Shown piece by piece: positions 1 to 10,181 of a stretch of 51,733 nucleotides of DNA. Both the position numbers and the translations under genes were made by a program. The notes under the pieces were generated by a model. It was not told the DNA's origin. It saw only the letters and a program-made list of their open reading frames with translations, and searched no databases. Each line of letters opens with the position of its first letter. Positions within the stretch are counted from its first letter, which is position 1. This DNA comes from an uncultured Roseicyclus sp. (GTDB lineage Bacteria; Pseudomonadota; Alphaproteobacteria; Rhodobacterales; Rhodobacteraceae). The stretch is taken from positions 1 to 51,733 of the forward strand of contig CAZGHJ010000001.1 of NCBI GenBank assembly GCA_964525355.1. The letters run 5' to 3'.

Positions 1-704
1 ACGGCTTCGCCTCGGCCAGCGGAGAGCTGACCGTCGCGGTCGAGAACGCCGCGCCCGAACTCGTCGGAGCCGGACCCTTCGTGGTATCGGAGAACCTGGC
101 CGAGGCCGGGACGGTCACGGCAGAGGATCCCGATGGCGACGCGCTGACCTTCTTCATCGCCGGGGGAGCCGATGCCGATGTCTTCGACATCGATCCCGAT
201 GCGGGGACGCTGACCTTCAGGAACGCACCCGATTTCGAAAACCCAACCGATGCCGATGACGACAACGTCTACGAGGTCGAGATCGGGGTGACCGACGGGA
301 TCGCGTCGACCGCCGTCGCGACCACGGTCACCGTGACCGACGAGGACGAGGCCGGGCGAACGGAGATCGTCGGGACGCCGGGCAACGACTTCCTCATCGG
401 GACCGACGCGGACGAACGCTTCGTCTCGCTCGGCGGTGGCATCGACCGGATGATAGGCGGCGGTGGCGCGGACGAGTTCGTCTTCGGCGCGGAACTCGAC
501 AATGGCCTGCGCGAGCGCGACATCATCTATGATTACGGCACCGATGACACCATCGTACTGGCGTCCGAGGACTACATGCTGTCCAGCATCCGAAACGGTG
601 TCTTGATCCGTCACGGAGACGACGGCGATCTGATCTACGTGCTGGGGTCTGGCCTCGACGAAGATGCACTGGTGATCGAAATCGATTATGGTGGCCTCGG
701 GTGA
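1..704 (+). CDS. C-terminal part of a large secreted protein: cadherin-like domain plus RTX/hemolysin-type Ca-binding repeats (probable type I secretion substrate); 5' end outside the window
   Basis: Cadherin-like VSENL..AGTVTAEDPDGDALTF..PDFENPTDADDDNVYEV; RTX-like GTPGNDFLIG and GGGIDRMIGGGGADEFVF; acidic C-terminus. Confidence 0.8.
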   Translation, partial: GFASASGELTVAVENAAPELVGAGPFVVSENLAEAGTVTAEDPDGDALTFFIAGGADADVFDIDPDAGTLTFRNAPDFENPTDADDDNVYEVEIGVTDGIASTAVATTVTVTDEDEAGRTEIVGTPGNDFLIGTDADERFVSLGGGIDRMIGGGGADEFVFGAELDNGLRERDIIYDYGTDDTIVLASEDYMLSSIRNGVLIRHGDDGDLIYVLGSGLDEDALVIEIDYGGLG

Positions 705-732
705 GGGGCGTTTTTTGAACTGGGGAATTGAT

Positions 733-1374
733 ATGTATGGGTTCGAGAAATTTCGCGCCGGTTTCAAAGGCGCTTTGCTGGCCGCCGGTCTTGCTCTGGC
801 GCCCGGCGTTTCGACCGCGGTGCCGCTGGACAGGGTAGAGCTTGGGTCAGTCCTGACATTCGATGTTGGGCTGGATGTCATCGCGCCTGCCGAGGTTGAC
901 GATTTGGGCACCTTGGCACCTCCCAAGTTTTTTGAAGCCAGCAATCTTTTGTCCATTGACGGAGATCTCGCCATCTCGGCGCCACTCACGGCGGCGGGCG
1001 AGATCGACGCCGCGGCCGCGCTCTTTGGTGACCTGAGTTTCATCGACCTCGTCACCCTTGATGACCTGCTCGTGGGCAGGGCATTGGATATCGATGTCGA
1101 CTTCGCCGCCGACACGGTATCGATCCTCTACAGTGTCGCGGGGGATTTCGGGGTCAACGCGCTCAGTGCCGACAGCCTGGTGGTCGGCGTCCTCGACTTT
1201 GCGCCCTACGTCGACATCGTCGAGGCGGGGTTCATGTTCTCCGACCTCGACTTTCAAACTGCCGACGCGGAGATCTACGGTGCCACGGTCGTCCCGCTCC
1301 CGGCAGCCCTGCCTTTGCTGCTGGCCGGTCTCGGCGGGCTGGTGATCCTGCGGGCGCGGCAGCGCGCTGCGTGA
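733..1374 (+). CDS. VPLPA-CTERM sorting domain protein (exosortase target)
   Basis: N-terminal signal peptide; C-terminal VPLPAALPLLLAGLGGLVILRARQRAA (motif, TM, basic tail); ATG 733 after GGGGA. Confidence 0.85.
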   Translation: MYGFEKFRAGFKGALLAAGLALAPGVSTAVPLDRVELGSVLTFDVGLDVIAPAEVDDLGTLAPPKFFEASNLLSIDGDLAISAPLTAAGEIDAAAALFGDLSFIDLVTLDDLLVGRALDIDVDFAADTVSILYSVAGDFGVNALSADSLVVGVLDFAPYVDIVEAGFMFSDLDFQTADAEIYGATVVPLPAALPLLLAGLGGLVILRARQRAA

Positions 1375-1677
1375 AGCAACCGGTGGCGTGGAGAGCGCGC
1401 CGGGTCGCATCTTTTTGACCATGGGCAGGGCCGGACGGGCGGTTCCCGGGATCGCAACGGCCCCAAGCGTGCGGCGCCATGTCGATCTTGGACCGTCAGG
1501 CCCCGGTCGGGCGGGATCCGCGCGAGCGACGTGGCTGCCGCCTTTGCCTGCGTCATGGAGACGCCGGTCGCGGAGCATCATCCGGGTGCGCAGAAATCAG
1601 CACCTGTCAACGATAGGCGCAGGATTTGTCCCCCTCATGTCTCCGCAAGTCCCGAGTGCAAGCGAAGGGGGACCGAC

Positions 1678-2000
1678 ATGTTCGATCCAGCACCTGTGAC
1701 CCTCTATCGGCAGGTGGCGCTTGTCACCGGCGCGTGTGTCGTGATGAAAGACCTCAACGCCGGCGGCGGCGGGCCGAAGCGCTTCGACATGCCGATGGAC
1801 GATTTCCGCCGGGCGTTCGCGCGGAACCTCGTCCCGCTCTTCCGCCTGACCCGGCCGGCCGCACCGCAGATCGGGAAGGCCGGCAGCGGTGCGGCGCTGA
1901 ACACCTCGTCGATGGCGGGCGAGAACAGGGATACGCGCACGACCCCCATGCTTCGTCGAAGGCCGCGGTGAACCACCTGACGCGCGACATCGCCTTCTCG
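1678..2000 (+). pseudogene. hdhA: 7-alpha-hydroxysteroid dehydrogenase (SDR) remnant with internal deletions and a frameshift
   Basis: MFDPAP..VALVTGA, NAGGGGPKRFDMPMDDFRRAF, SSMAGENR, then in another frame ASSKAAVNHLTRDIAF; these blocks match E. coli HdhA as I recall it; most of the Rossmann fold is missing. Confidence 0.75.
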
Positions 2001-2115
2001 GGGCAGGAGGGCGCCACAAGAGGGGCGCAGCCGCTGCATGTGCCTTGGCTGGATGGAGCGTCGCGCAGGCGGTGTGCACCGTCCCATCGACAGCGAATGG
2101 GCGGAGAACAAGCCC

Positions 2116-2800
2116 ATGAAACTCCTCGACGAACTGGCCGACTGGTGGCCGCTCATGTCGCCGCCCGAGGAATATGCGGTCGAGGCCGGGCCGGTGGCCG
2201 GCCTGCTGTCGTTGAACGCCACCAAAGACCGCCCGCGGCTTCTGGACCTGGGTGCGGGCGGCGGGCATCTGGCCTCGCATCTGAAGGCGCGATTCGACAT
2301 GACGCTGGTGGACCTGTCCCCCGGATGCTGGAGTAGAGCCGTCGCCTGAACCCCGAATGCCGCCACCGGACCGGCGACATGCGCGCCCTGCGGCTGGAGG
2401 AGCGCTTTGACGCGATCAGCCACATGACGACCGAGGCCGATCTGCTGGCGACACTGCACACCGCGCGGGCCCCTCTGGCGCCGGGTGGCGTCGCCCTGTT
2501 CTGCCCGGACTGGACGGTGGAGTGTTTCGCCCCCGGCACCTCCACAGGTGGCATCGACGGGCCGGAAAGGGGCATGCGCTATCTGGAATGGACGCCACCC
2601 GCGATCCGCGGGACCACCTGCGAGGCGAATTTCGTCTATCTGCTGCGAGAGGCCGATGGCAGCCGGCGTGTCGTTCAGGACCGGATGGTGCTCGGCATCT
2701 TCCCGCGCGCGACCTGGAAACGGCGGCTGACCGGGGCGGGCTTAGGGAATGTGGCAATAGACCAGCAGTCCGGGCGCGACGTGTTCCAGGCCATCACGGC
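2116..2800 (+). pseudogene. Class I SAM-dependent methyltransferase, frameshifted
   Basis: LADWWPLMSPPEEY..LLDLGAGGGH..VDLSP; continues in another frame through a stop (LE*SRRLNPEC..GDMRALRL); end approximate. Confidence 0.7.
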
Positions 2801-3069
2801 CCGAGCGTCAGTGGAAAACCCGCTCTCCGGTTGCAGGCCAGCGTCGTCCGCCGGCCAAGCCTGCCTGCCGGCGCGGCATCCCGGTTTCATCGGCATAGAA
2901 CCGCGTCGTCTTTTAGCCGCGACCCTCGAGCGCCGCGTTACAGGCAGGCCGGTTTCCCGTCCCACATGTCCAGGGTGCATGGGTCCGCCCAGTCATTCCG
3001 TCATTCGAACCGGGTTCACGGGGCGCATGTCTCGCCGGATTTCCGCCGAGACACCCCTGCCGCACCGTG

Positions 3070-4050
3070 ATCGCCCGGCGGCGACATCCTCCAGCCAACG
3101 CTCGATTTTCGCCGTCAGCACCGTCAGGGGCCGTGCGCCATCTTCGAGCACGGCTGCGTGAAAGGCCCTGACGTCGAACCCGGAGCCCAGCCTTCGCTCG
3201 GCACGGGTTCGCAACTCGCGGATCGTGATCTGTCCGATCCTGTCGGCAAGCGCCTGGCCCGGATTTGCGACATGCCGTTCGGCCTCGGCCGAGGCCGCCG
3301 TCCGTCCGGTTGCGGAATTCTCCAGCATGTAGTCGATCGCGCGTGCGCGGGCCCAGCCGAAGGCACGGGTGCCCCTATCGACGACCAGCCGCATGGAGCG
3401 AAGCATCTCGGCATAAAGCGCCCTGCCTTCAAGGAAGGCGGTGCTTGTGCTGAAACGCTGAAGAGCCGTGGCAGCGCCGCCCCGACCCGCTCGCCGATGC
3501 GGGCGCAAAGCGCGGCCATCTTCCCGGCGGTCACGACCTTGAAGGCGGGGTCGGTGCGGATATGCTCGAAAAAAACCCGGCAAGCATCCCCGGGAACCCG
3601 TCCTGCGCCTTTATGGCCTCCATTTCGCGCCGCACGCGGGCGACCTCGCCCAGGCCGAGGGCGGGGATACCCGTCAATCCGGCTCGGTTTGCTTTTACGG
3701 TCGGCAAGGCTGCGAAACGTGGCGTAATCCTGCCCCGAAGAGGCCTCGGGAAAGCGGATGTGAAACCCGGTCTTGTGGTCGAAGGGGCGCACGGCGCTGG
3801 CGGCCGGGATCTTGGGGTCGAGGCTGGCCAGGCGGTCGCGCGCCGCCCATTCGAAGGCATCGGCGCCGACCTGTTCGGAGGGGGACAGAAGGCTGCGATC
3901 CGCCGATCGAGGGGCCGCGAGATCCCGCTCCGCCGCCTCGCGTTCGGCCGCGAAAACGGTCCAAAGCCGATCTGACGCGTCAGGTTGTCCGACGGTGCGT
4001 TCCGCCCGCGTTCTCGACGCTGGTCAGACCAATCCCGCGGCGCCAAGCGT
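3070..4050 (-). pseudogene. DUF885 family protein, fragmented
   Basis: TAFLEGRALYAE, RSMRLVVD, AIDYMLENS, NPGQALA, FDVRAFHAAVLEDGARPL; upstream pieces in other frames (GLGEVARVRREMEAIK); limits approximate. Confidence 0.7.
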
Positions 4051-4335
4051 CATCGTGGACACCATGAAATCGCGCCGCAGCATACTCGGCGCCGATCCCA
4101 CGACGCGCCGCAGGATATCGGGATCGCGTCACGTTGCAACCGGACTGGCGGGCGATGGATGCCCCCTGCGGCGCATGTCTCCACGCATGGTCCCGCCCTC
4201 GGGGAAATCGGAACACCCCGCCTAAGGGCGTGAACCCGACGACCCGGGCGCCTGCGGCCCCGCATCGGACGGGCGACGCGCAGTGCCGCCCCGCGGTGCG
4301 CGGTCCGACCCTTGCGCGCGGGGCCCGTGCCCGCG

Positions 4336-7300
4336 TCAGGCGGTCCGCGCTTCGGCGGGCTCCGGTTCCTCGGGAAGTGGCGCCATCTCGCGGCGCGAGA
4401 CGACGGCGTAGATCGCGGGCACGACGAACAACGTGAACAAGGTGCCCACGGTGATCCCCGAGAAGATCACGAGCCCCATGGCAAAGCGCGCCGCCGCCCC
4501 TGCGCCGTCGGCGGTCATCAGCGGCACGACACCGAGCGCGGTGGCCGCCGTGGTCATCAGGATCGGGCGCAGACGCTGGCGGGCCGAGGCGACGATGCCC
4601 TCGCGCCGCCCGAGCCCGCGTTCCCGGCGCAGCTGGTTGGCGAATTCCACGATCAGGATGCCGTGCTTGGTGATGAGCCCGATCAGCGTGATCAGTCCGA
4701 CCTGCGTGAAGATGTTGAGCGTGCCGAGCCCGAGATTGAGCGGCACGATCACGCCGAAGATCGACAGGGGCACCGACATCAGGATGATGAGCGGATCGCG
4801 GAAACTTTCGAACTGCGCCGCGAGCACGAGGTAGATCACCACCAGCGCCAGCGCGAAGGCCACGACGATGGTGTTGCCCTCGGTCCGTTCCAGCCGCGAC
4901 TGGCCGGAATACTCGATGAAGAAGCCCGCGGGGATCTCGGCGCGCGCGATCTCCTCGATCACGTCGAGCCCTTCGCCGGTCGAGACGTTGGGAATGGGCA
5001 GGGCGGTGATCGTCGCGGAATTGAGCTGGTTGAACTGCTCGACCGTCGCGGGCGCCGCGCGCGTGTCGACCTCGATCACGGCGGCCAGCGGGACCATGTC
5101 GCCCGTGGTCGCGCGCACGAAGATCTCGCCCAGCCGCTCGGGGTTGTCGCGATACGCCTGCGGCACCTGCACGATCACGTCGTAGCTGTTGCTGTCGCGG
5201 TCGAATTGCGAGACCGGCCCGTCCCCGACCAGCAGACCCAGCGCCGCGCCGATCTCGGCGGCGGGCAGGTTGAGCGCGGCGGCGCGGTCGCGGTCGATGC
5301 GCACCACCACCTGCGTCGTGTCGAAGGACAGCGAATTCTGCACCACGATGAAGCGGCCGGAGGCCTGCGCCTCCTGGCGGACGCGCTCGGCCACCTCGTA
5401 GACCTGCGCGGGCGAGCCCGTCGATTGCAGCACGAGCGAGATCGGCAGGCCGCCGCCCGCGCCCGGCAGCGAGGGGGGCGCGAAGACGAAGGCCTGCACG
5501 CCCGCAACGGGGGCCAGACGCGCCTGGAGATCGGCCTGGATCTCGGCCTGGCTGCGGTCGCGGTCGGCCCAGTCCTCGAAGGCCCAGAGCATGATCGCGC
5601 TGTTGGTCTGGCCGCCGAAGCCGGTGATCGAGAAATTCGCCGACAATTCCGGCAGGTCGGCCGTCAGGTCGCGCATCTGCTCGACATAGCCCTGCGTGTA
5701 GTCCGAGGAGGCGTAGCTGGGCGCGTTCACGAAGGAAAAGAGCGCGCCCGAATCCTCCTCGGGCGCGAGTTCCGAAGAGGTCTTGAGAAACAGGTAGCCC
5801 GTCACGCCCATCAGCGTGACCACCACGAGGATCGTCACGGGCACGTAATCGAGCGACGAGGAGAGGCGGCGGTCATACCAGCCCTCGAACCGGGCGAAGC
5901 CTCCGTTCAGCCGTTTCTGGAAGGCGTTCTCGCCGCCCCTGCGCAACAGCCGCGCGGCCATCATCGGCGAGATCGTCAGCGCGACCACGCCCGACAGGAA
6001 CACCGCGCCCGCCAGCGTCACGGCGAATTCCCGGAACAGCGCGCCAGTGAGCCCGCCGGTGAAGAAAAGCGGCAGGAACACCGCGATCAGCGTGAGCATC
6101 ATGGCGATGATCGCCGTGGACAATTCGCGCATCGAGGTGAAGGCGGCCTGCATCGGGCTTTTGCCGTCGTCGATGTTGCGCTGCACGTTCTCGACCACGA
6201 TGATCGCGTCGTCGACGACGAGGCCGATGGCCAGCACCATCGCCAGAAGCGTCAGAAGGTTGATGGAATAGCCCATCAGGAACAGGATGAACACGACCCC
6301 CACCAGCGACAGCGGGATCGCCACGAGCGGGATCGCCACCGACCGGAGCGAGCCCAGGAACAGCAGGATGATGAGGGCCACGATGACCGTCGCCTCGAGG
6401 ATCGTGCGCAAGACCTCGGTGATCGAGGCTTCGATCTGTTCGGTCGCGTCGTACATCATCGTCAGCGACATGCCTTCGGGCAGGCTGTCCTGGATCGCGG
6501 GCAGTTCCGCCAGAACGTTCGCGGACGTGTCCAGAGGGTTGGCGGCGGGCGCGGGGAAGATGCCGATGAAGGTGCCGGGGGCGCCGTTGAAATTCACGAT
6601 CGTGTCGGTGCTTTCGGCGGCCAGTTCGATGCGGGCGACATCGTGCAAGCGCACGATGTCGTCGCCCGTGCCCGCGATGGGCAGAAGACCGAAGGCCTCT
6701 GGCGTCTGAAGCGTGGATTCCAGCGCGATCGGGTAGCCCACCATCTCGTTGCGGGTGCGTCCGGGGGCGGCGAGGAAGTTCGACCCGTTGATCGCGGCCG
6801 CGACGTCCGAGGGCGTCAGCCCCTGTCCCGCCAGCCGGACGGGATCGACCCAGACGCGCATCGCGTAGCTCTGGCCGCCCAGCACCTGCGACTCCGCCAC
6901 CCCCTCGATGGTCGAGAGCCGGGGCACGATCACCCGCTCGATGAATTCCGTCACCTGTTCGGAGGTCATCTCGGGGTTCTGCACGCCGAGATACATGGTG
7001 GCGAAGGTCTGGCCGGTGCCCTTGACGATGCTGGGATCCTCGGCGTCCTGCGGCAGCGAGGATCGGACCTGCTGCACCTTGGACATCACCTCGGTCAGGG
7101 CGGTGTCGGGGTTCTCGCCCAGCCGCATCTGCACCGTCACCACCGAGGCCGACTGGCGCGACTGGGTGGTGACGTAGTCGACCCCTTCGGCGGTGGCGAC
7201 GGCCGCGGCGATGGGCGCGGTCACGAAGCCCTGGATCAGGTCGGCCGAGGCCCCGGGATAGATCGTGGTGACGGTGACGACGGTCTCGTCCACCTCGGGG

Positions 7301-7410
7301 TATTGCCGGGTCTGGAGGTTGAACAGCCCCTGAAGGCCCATCAGCACGATCAATAGCCCGAGGACCGTCGCGGCGACGGGGCGCTTGATGAACGTGTCGG
7401 AGAGGCTCAT
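4336..7410 (-). CDS. RND efflux transporter permease subunit (AcrB/MexW-like)
   Basis: 1024 aa; FIKRPVAA start, AIGLVVDDAIIVVEN, GLITKHGILIVEFA, RLRPILMT motifs. Confidence 0.95.
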   Translation of the reverse strand: MSLSDTFIKRPVAATVLGLLIVLMGLQGLFNLQTRQYPEVDETVVTVTTIYPGASADLIQGFVTAPIAAAVATAEGVDYVTTQSRQSASVVTVQMRLGENPDTALTEVMSKVQQVRSSLPQDAEDPSIVKGTGQTFATMYLGVQNPEMTSEQVTEFIERVIVPRLSTIEGVAESQVLGGQSYAMRVWVDPVRLAGQGLTPSDVAAAINGSNFLAAPGRTRNEMVGYPIALESTLQTPEAFGLLPIAGTGDDIVRLHDVARIELAAESTDTIVNFNGAPGTFIGIFPAPAANPLDTSANVLAELPAIQDSLPEGMSLTMMYDATEQIEASITEVLRTILEATVIVALIILLFLGSLRSVAIPLVAIPLSLVGVVFILFLMGYSINLLTLLAMVLAIGLVVDDAIIVVENVQRNIDDGKSPMQAAFTSMRELSTAIIAMMLTLIAVFLPLFFTGGLTGALFREFAVTLAGAVFLSGVVALTISPMMAARLLRRGGENAFQKRLNGGFARFEGWYDRRLSSSLDYVPVTILVVVTLMGVTGYLFLKTSSELAPEEDSGALFSFVNAPSYASSDYTQGYVEQMRDLTADLPELSANFSITGFGGQTNSAIMLWAFEDWADRDRSQAEIQADLQARLAPVAGVQAFVFAPPSLPGAGGGLPISLVLQSTGSPAQVYEVAERVRQEAQASGRFIVVQNSLSFDTTQVVVRIDRDRAAALNLPAAEIGAALGLLVGDGPVSQFDRDSNSYDVIVQVPQAYRDNPERLGEIFVRATTGDMVPLAAVIEVDTRAAPATVEQFNQLNSATITALPIPNVSTGEGLDVIEEIARAEIPAGFFIEYSGQSRLERTEGNTIVVAFALALVVIYLVLAAQFESFRDPLIILMSVPLSIFGVIVPLNLGLGTLNIFTQVGLITLIGLITKHGILIVEFANQLRRERGLGRREGIVASARQRLRPILMTTAATALGVVPLMTADGAGAAARFAMGLVIFSGITVGTLFTLFVVPAIYAVVSRREMAPLPEEPEPAEARTA

Positions 7411-8528
7411 GGCGCGCTTCCCTCGGCGACGTCCCCGGCCGCCGCCTCGCCGCTCTCGCCCGAGAGCGTGACCGGCGCGCCGTTGGTCAGGCGGTTCTGG
7501 CCGCTGACCACGACGATATCGCCCGCCGAGATCCCCTCGCGGATCTCGATGCGCCCGTCCGAGCGGCGCCCCGGCGTGACGAAGACCTGCCGCGCGACGC
7601 GGGTCTCGCCCTCCTCCTCCGATGGCCGGACCACATAGACGAAATCGCCGTAGAGGCTGCTTTGCACCGCCGTCTGGGGCAGGGCGATCACGCCCGTCTC
7701 CTCGGGAAGGTCGATGGTCAGCCGCACGAATTGCCCCGGCGTGAGCGTGCGGCCCCCGGTCTCGACCGTGCCGCGGAGCGAGACGAGGCGGCTGGAGGGA
7801 TCGACGCGCGGGTCGATGCCGCCGATGCGGCCCTCGAACACCTGCTCATGCTCGTCGCTGCGCAGGCTGATGGCCTGACCGATGGACAGGTCGGGCAGGT
7901 TCTGTTCGGGCAGGGTGAAATCCACCCGCATCGTCTGTAGATCCTGCAGGGTGGCGATGATGGTTCCGGGCTGCACGTACTGGCCGATATCCACCCGCAA
8001 GAGGCCGATCGTGCCCGCGAAAGGCGCGATCACCTGGCGCTGCTCGATCACGGCCTCGGCGCGGGCGACCTGTGCCTCGGCGGCGCGAAAGGCCGCCTGC
8101 ACGGTGTCGAGCGTGGCGTTCGTGGTCACCCCGCGGCTCTGCAATTCCTGCTGGCGGGCGAGGTTGGCGCGCTCCAGGTCCAGCTGCGTGCGCGCGGCAT
8201 CGAGATCGGCGCGCTGCACGACATCGTCGAGCCGCACCAGCAACTGTCCTTCGTCGATCTGGGTATTTGGCTCGAACAGCACCTCGCGCACGATGCCGGG
8301 CGCTTCGACCGTCAGATCGACGCCGCGGATGGCGTTCACCGTCCCGATCGCGTTCAGCGCCGGCTGCCAGGTCACCGTCTCGGCCTCGACGGTTTCGACC
8401 GCAAGCGGCTGCACCGGCAGATCGGCGAAGATCTGTTCGATCATCTGGTCGCGGAACAGGTTGAACCCGATCAGGCCGCCGCCGACGACAGCAAGAAGGA
8501 TGACGGCAATCACGAGGCGTTTGATCAT
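7407..8528 (-). CDS. RND efflux periplasmic adaptor (MFP)
   Basis: N-terminal TM, lipoyl/hairpin motifs (APFAGTIG, IDPRVD, LTPGQFV); ATGA overlap with the permease. Confidence 0.93.
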   Translation of the reverse strand: MIKRLVIAVILLAVVGGGLIGFNLFRDQMIEQIFADLPVQPLAVETVEAETVTWQPALNAIGTVNAIRGVDLTVEAPGIVREVLFEPNTQIDEGQLLVRLDDVVQRADLDAARTQLDLERANLARQQELQSRGVTTNATLDTVQAAFRAAEAQVARAEAVIEQRQVIAPFAGTIGLLRVDIGQYVQPGTIIATLQDLQTMRVDFTLPEQNLPDLSIGQAISLRSDEHEQVFEGRIGGIDPRVDPSSRLVSLRGTVETGGRTLTPGQFVRLTIDLPEETGVIALPQTAVQSSLYGDFVYVVRPSEEEGETRVARQVFVTPGRRSDGRIEIREGISAGDIVVVSGQNRLTNGAPVTLSGESGEAAAGDVAEGSAP

Positions 8529-8618
8529 TTGCTCATCCGTGTCGGTGGCGGCGCGCGAGGGCCCGGTGGGGCGCGCCGCAGGGTGGAAAGGCGGCTTGTG
8601 CTCGAAAAGGCCGCGTTA

Positions 8619-8634
8619 TACCGTCCGGACGGTA
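8619..8634. promoter_or_regulatory. Probable TetR operator
   Basis: Perfect 16-bp palindrome TACCGTCCGGACGGTA between the divergent MFP and TetR genes. Confidence 0.75.
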
Positions 8635-8670
8635 CAGTCAATTGACCGCGCGCCGCGACCGCAGGACAGC

Positions 8671-9225
8671 ATGGATCACGATTCAGAGAGGCCGAAGACG
8701 GCCATCGGTACGCGTCGGCGCATCCTCGACGCGGCCCAGGACCTGGCACTTTGCGCCGGCGCGGGCAACCTGTCGCTCGACGCCGTGGCGGACCGCGCCC
8801 GCGTGTCCAAGGGCGGTCTGCTGTACCATTTTCCGACCAAGGCCCGCCTGCTCGAGGCGCTGGTCGCCGATTTCCTCGGTCGGTTCGATGCCGCGCTCAG
8901 CGCCGAGGAACGTTCCGGCGCGCCCGATGCGGTGATCCGCGCCTATCTGGGGCAATTCGTGAAGGAACGCGCGCGCGGCGCGCAGCCTGCGGCGGGTCTC
9001 CTGGCCGCGCTTGCGGAAGACCCGGATCTTCTGGCCCCGGTCCAGCAATATGAAAGCAGCTTCCTCGCCAGGATCCGCGCGAACGCGACGGATCCCCAGA
9101 TGGCGACGCTGATCTTCTTCGCGCTGCACGGCATGCGGGCCATGGACATGTTCAACATCGGCGTGCTCGACGAGGCGGCGGAGGCCGAGCTGATGGACTG
9201 GATCGAGGCCCGACCGTCCGTCTGA
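8671..9225 (+). CDS. TetR/AcrR family transcriptional regulator
   Basis: RRRILDAA..SLDAVADRARVSKGGLLYHFPTKARLL HTH; AGGA RBS before ATG 8671. Confidence 0.92.
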   Translation: MDHDSERPKTAIGTRRRILDAAQDLALCAGAGNLSLDAVADRARVSKGGLLYHFPTKARLLEALVADFLGRFDAALSAEERSGAPDAVIRAYLGQFVKERARGAQPAAGLLAALAEDPDLLAPVQQYESSFLARIRANATDPQMATLIFFALHGMRAMDMFNIGVLDEAAEAELMDWIEARPSV

Positions 9226-9573
9226 GGCTGTGCCCTGCCGGCCCATGTGAAGCCCGGCCAGATGGTCGGTCCGTGCTGTGTGGCACAATCTTCCTGACCC
9301 GGCTCGGGTCACGCTGATGCGGGTCAGCCAGCGCGCATGGCTCTTGGAAGCGTCCGTAGATCCGAAGGACGGATGTTTTGCGGGCGCGGCGCGCTTGCCC
9401 GCACCCCGGCGCGGCCGTTGCGGATCGAGGGCCAGGGCACCGAAGGACGCTTCCTTTTCACGCTGGCGGGAAAAACCCTTCGCCCTCGACCCCTTGCAAC
9501 GCGCGCCAAGCCAGCCGCTTCAACAGCCGGTCCGCTCGGCACCCGCGGCCGGGCGGATGCCGAGCGGCGCGCC

Positions 9574-9909
9574 TCAATCGTAGCGGCGGTCGAAGGCGAT
9601 CACCGTGCCGTCCGCGCGTGTCAGGCTGCGGGCGTAGATCTCCAGCGGCCCGAAGTCGTCGTCCACGAAACCATCGACGGTGACGGCCTCGCCCACATTG
9701 GCCGGCACCCAGTTCGGGCCGACATAGATCCGGACCGTGCCGCTGCTGTCGGTGAGGCGGAACTCGTCCTCGTCGGTGATGCGCTCCACCGTGCCCTGCA
9801 CGGTGACCATGCTGCCGCGCTGGAGATCGCCGATGGGCGTGACGGGACCGCTGGCGATGGCGGCGGTGGCGACGAGGGCGGCGAAGGCGCCGAATGTGAA
9901 GAGTCTCAT
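9574..9909 (-). CDS. Periplasmic OB-fold (BOF) protein, YgiW/YdeI family
   Basis: Signal peptide; VTVQGTVERITDEDEFRLTDSSGTVRI..VTVDGFVD. Confidence 0.8.
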   Translation of the reverse strand: MRLFTFGAFAALVATAAIASGPVTPIGDLQRGSMVTVQGTVERITDEDEFRLTDSSGTVRIYVGPNWVPANVGEAVTVDGFVDDDFGPLEIYARSLTRADGTVIAFDRRYD

Positions 9910-9946
9910 GACTGTCTGTCCTTTCGTCGGGGAAGGTCGGGCGGCG

Positions 9947-10108
9947 TCAGTCGAGTGCGACGCCGAGCAGGATGAGCAGGAGGACCGCGCCCGCGACCAG
10001 CACCTTCCGGGAGATCCGGGTCTCGCCGTTCAGCCAGTCGCCGGCGCGCTGCAGGTCGCTCCGAGGCGAGTCGGTGTTCTTTTGTTCGTCCATCTGGGTC
10101 AGCTCCAT
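9947..10108 (-). CDS. Small single-TM hypothetical protein (53 aa)
   Basis: MELTQMDEQ..RISRKVLVAGAVLLLILLGVALD, co-oriented between kinase and BOF genes; start could be 10093. Confidence 0.55.
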   Translation of the reverse strand: MELTQMDEQKNTDSPRSDLQRAGDWLNGETRISRKVLVAGAVLLLILLGVALD

Positions 10109-10164
10109 TCGAGGATCTTTCGTCGATCCGATGGGAGCCTTCTGCCGGCTCAACCTGATGGCAG

Positions 10165-10181
10165 CCTGACGAATTGTCAGG
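10165..10181. promoter_or_regulatory. Putative OmpR/CopR-type response regulator box
   Basis: CCTGAC-gaatt-GTCAGG inverted repeat, with a further CCTGA half-site 11 bp to its left, upstream of the small protein/BOF genes. Confidence 0.5.

Noticed and set aside
4312-7356. 1014-aa plus-strand ORF
   Set aside because: Antisense shadow of the RND permease; Arg/His/Gly-rich with no motifs, typical of high-GC DNA.
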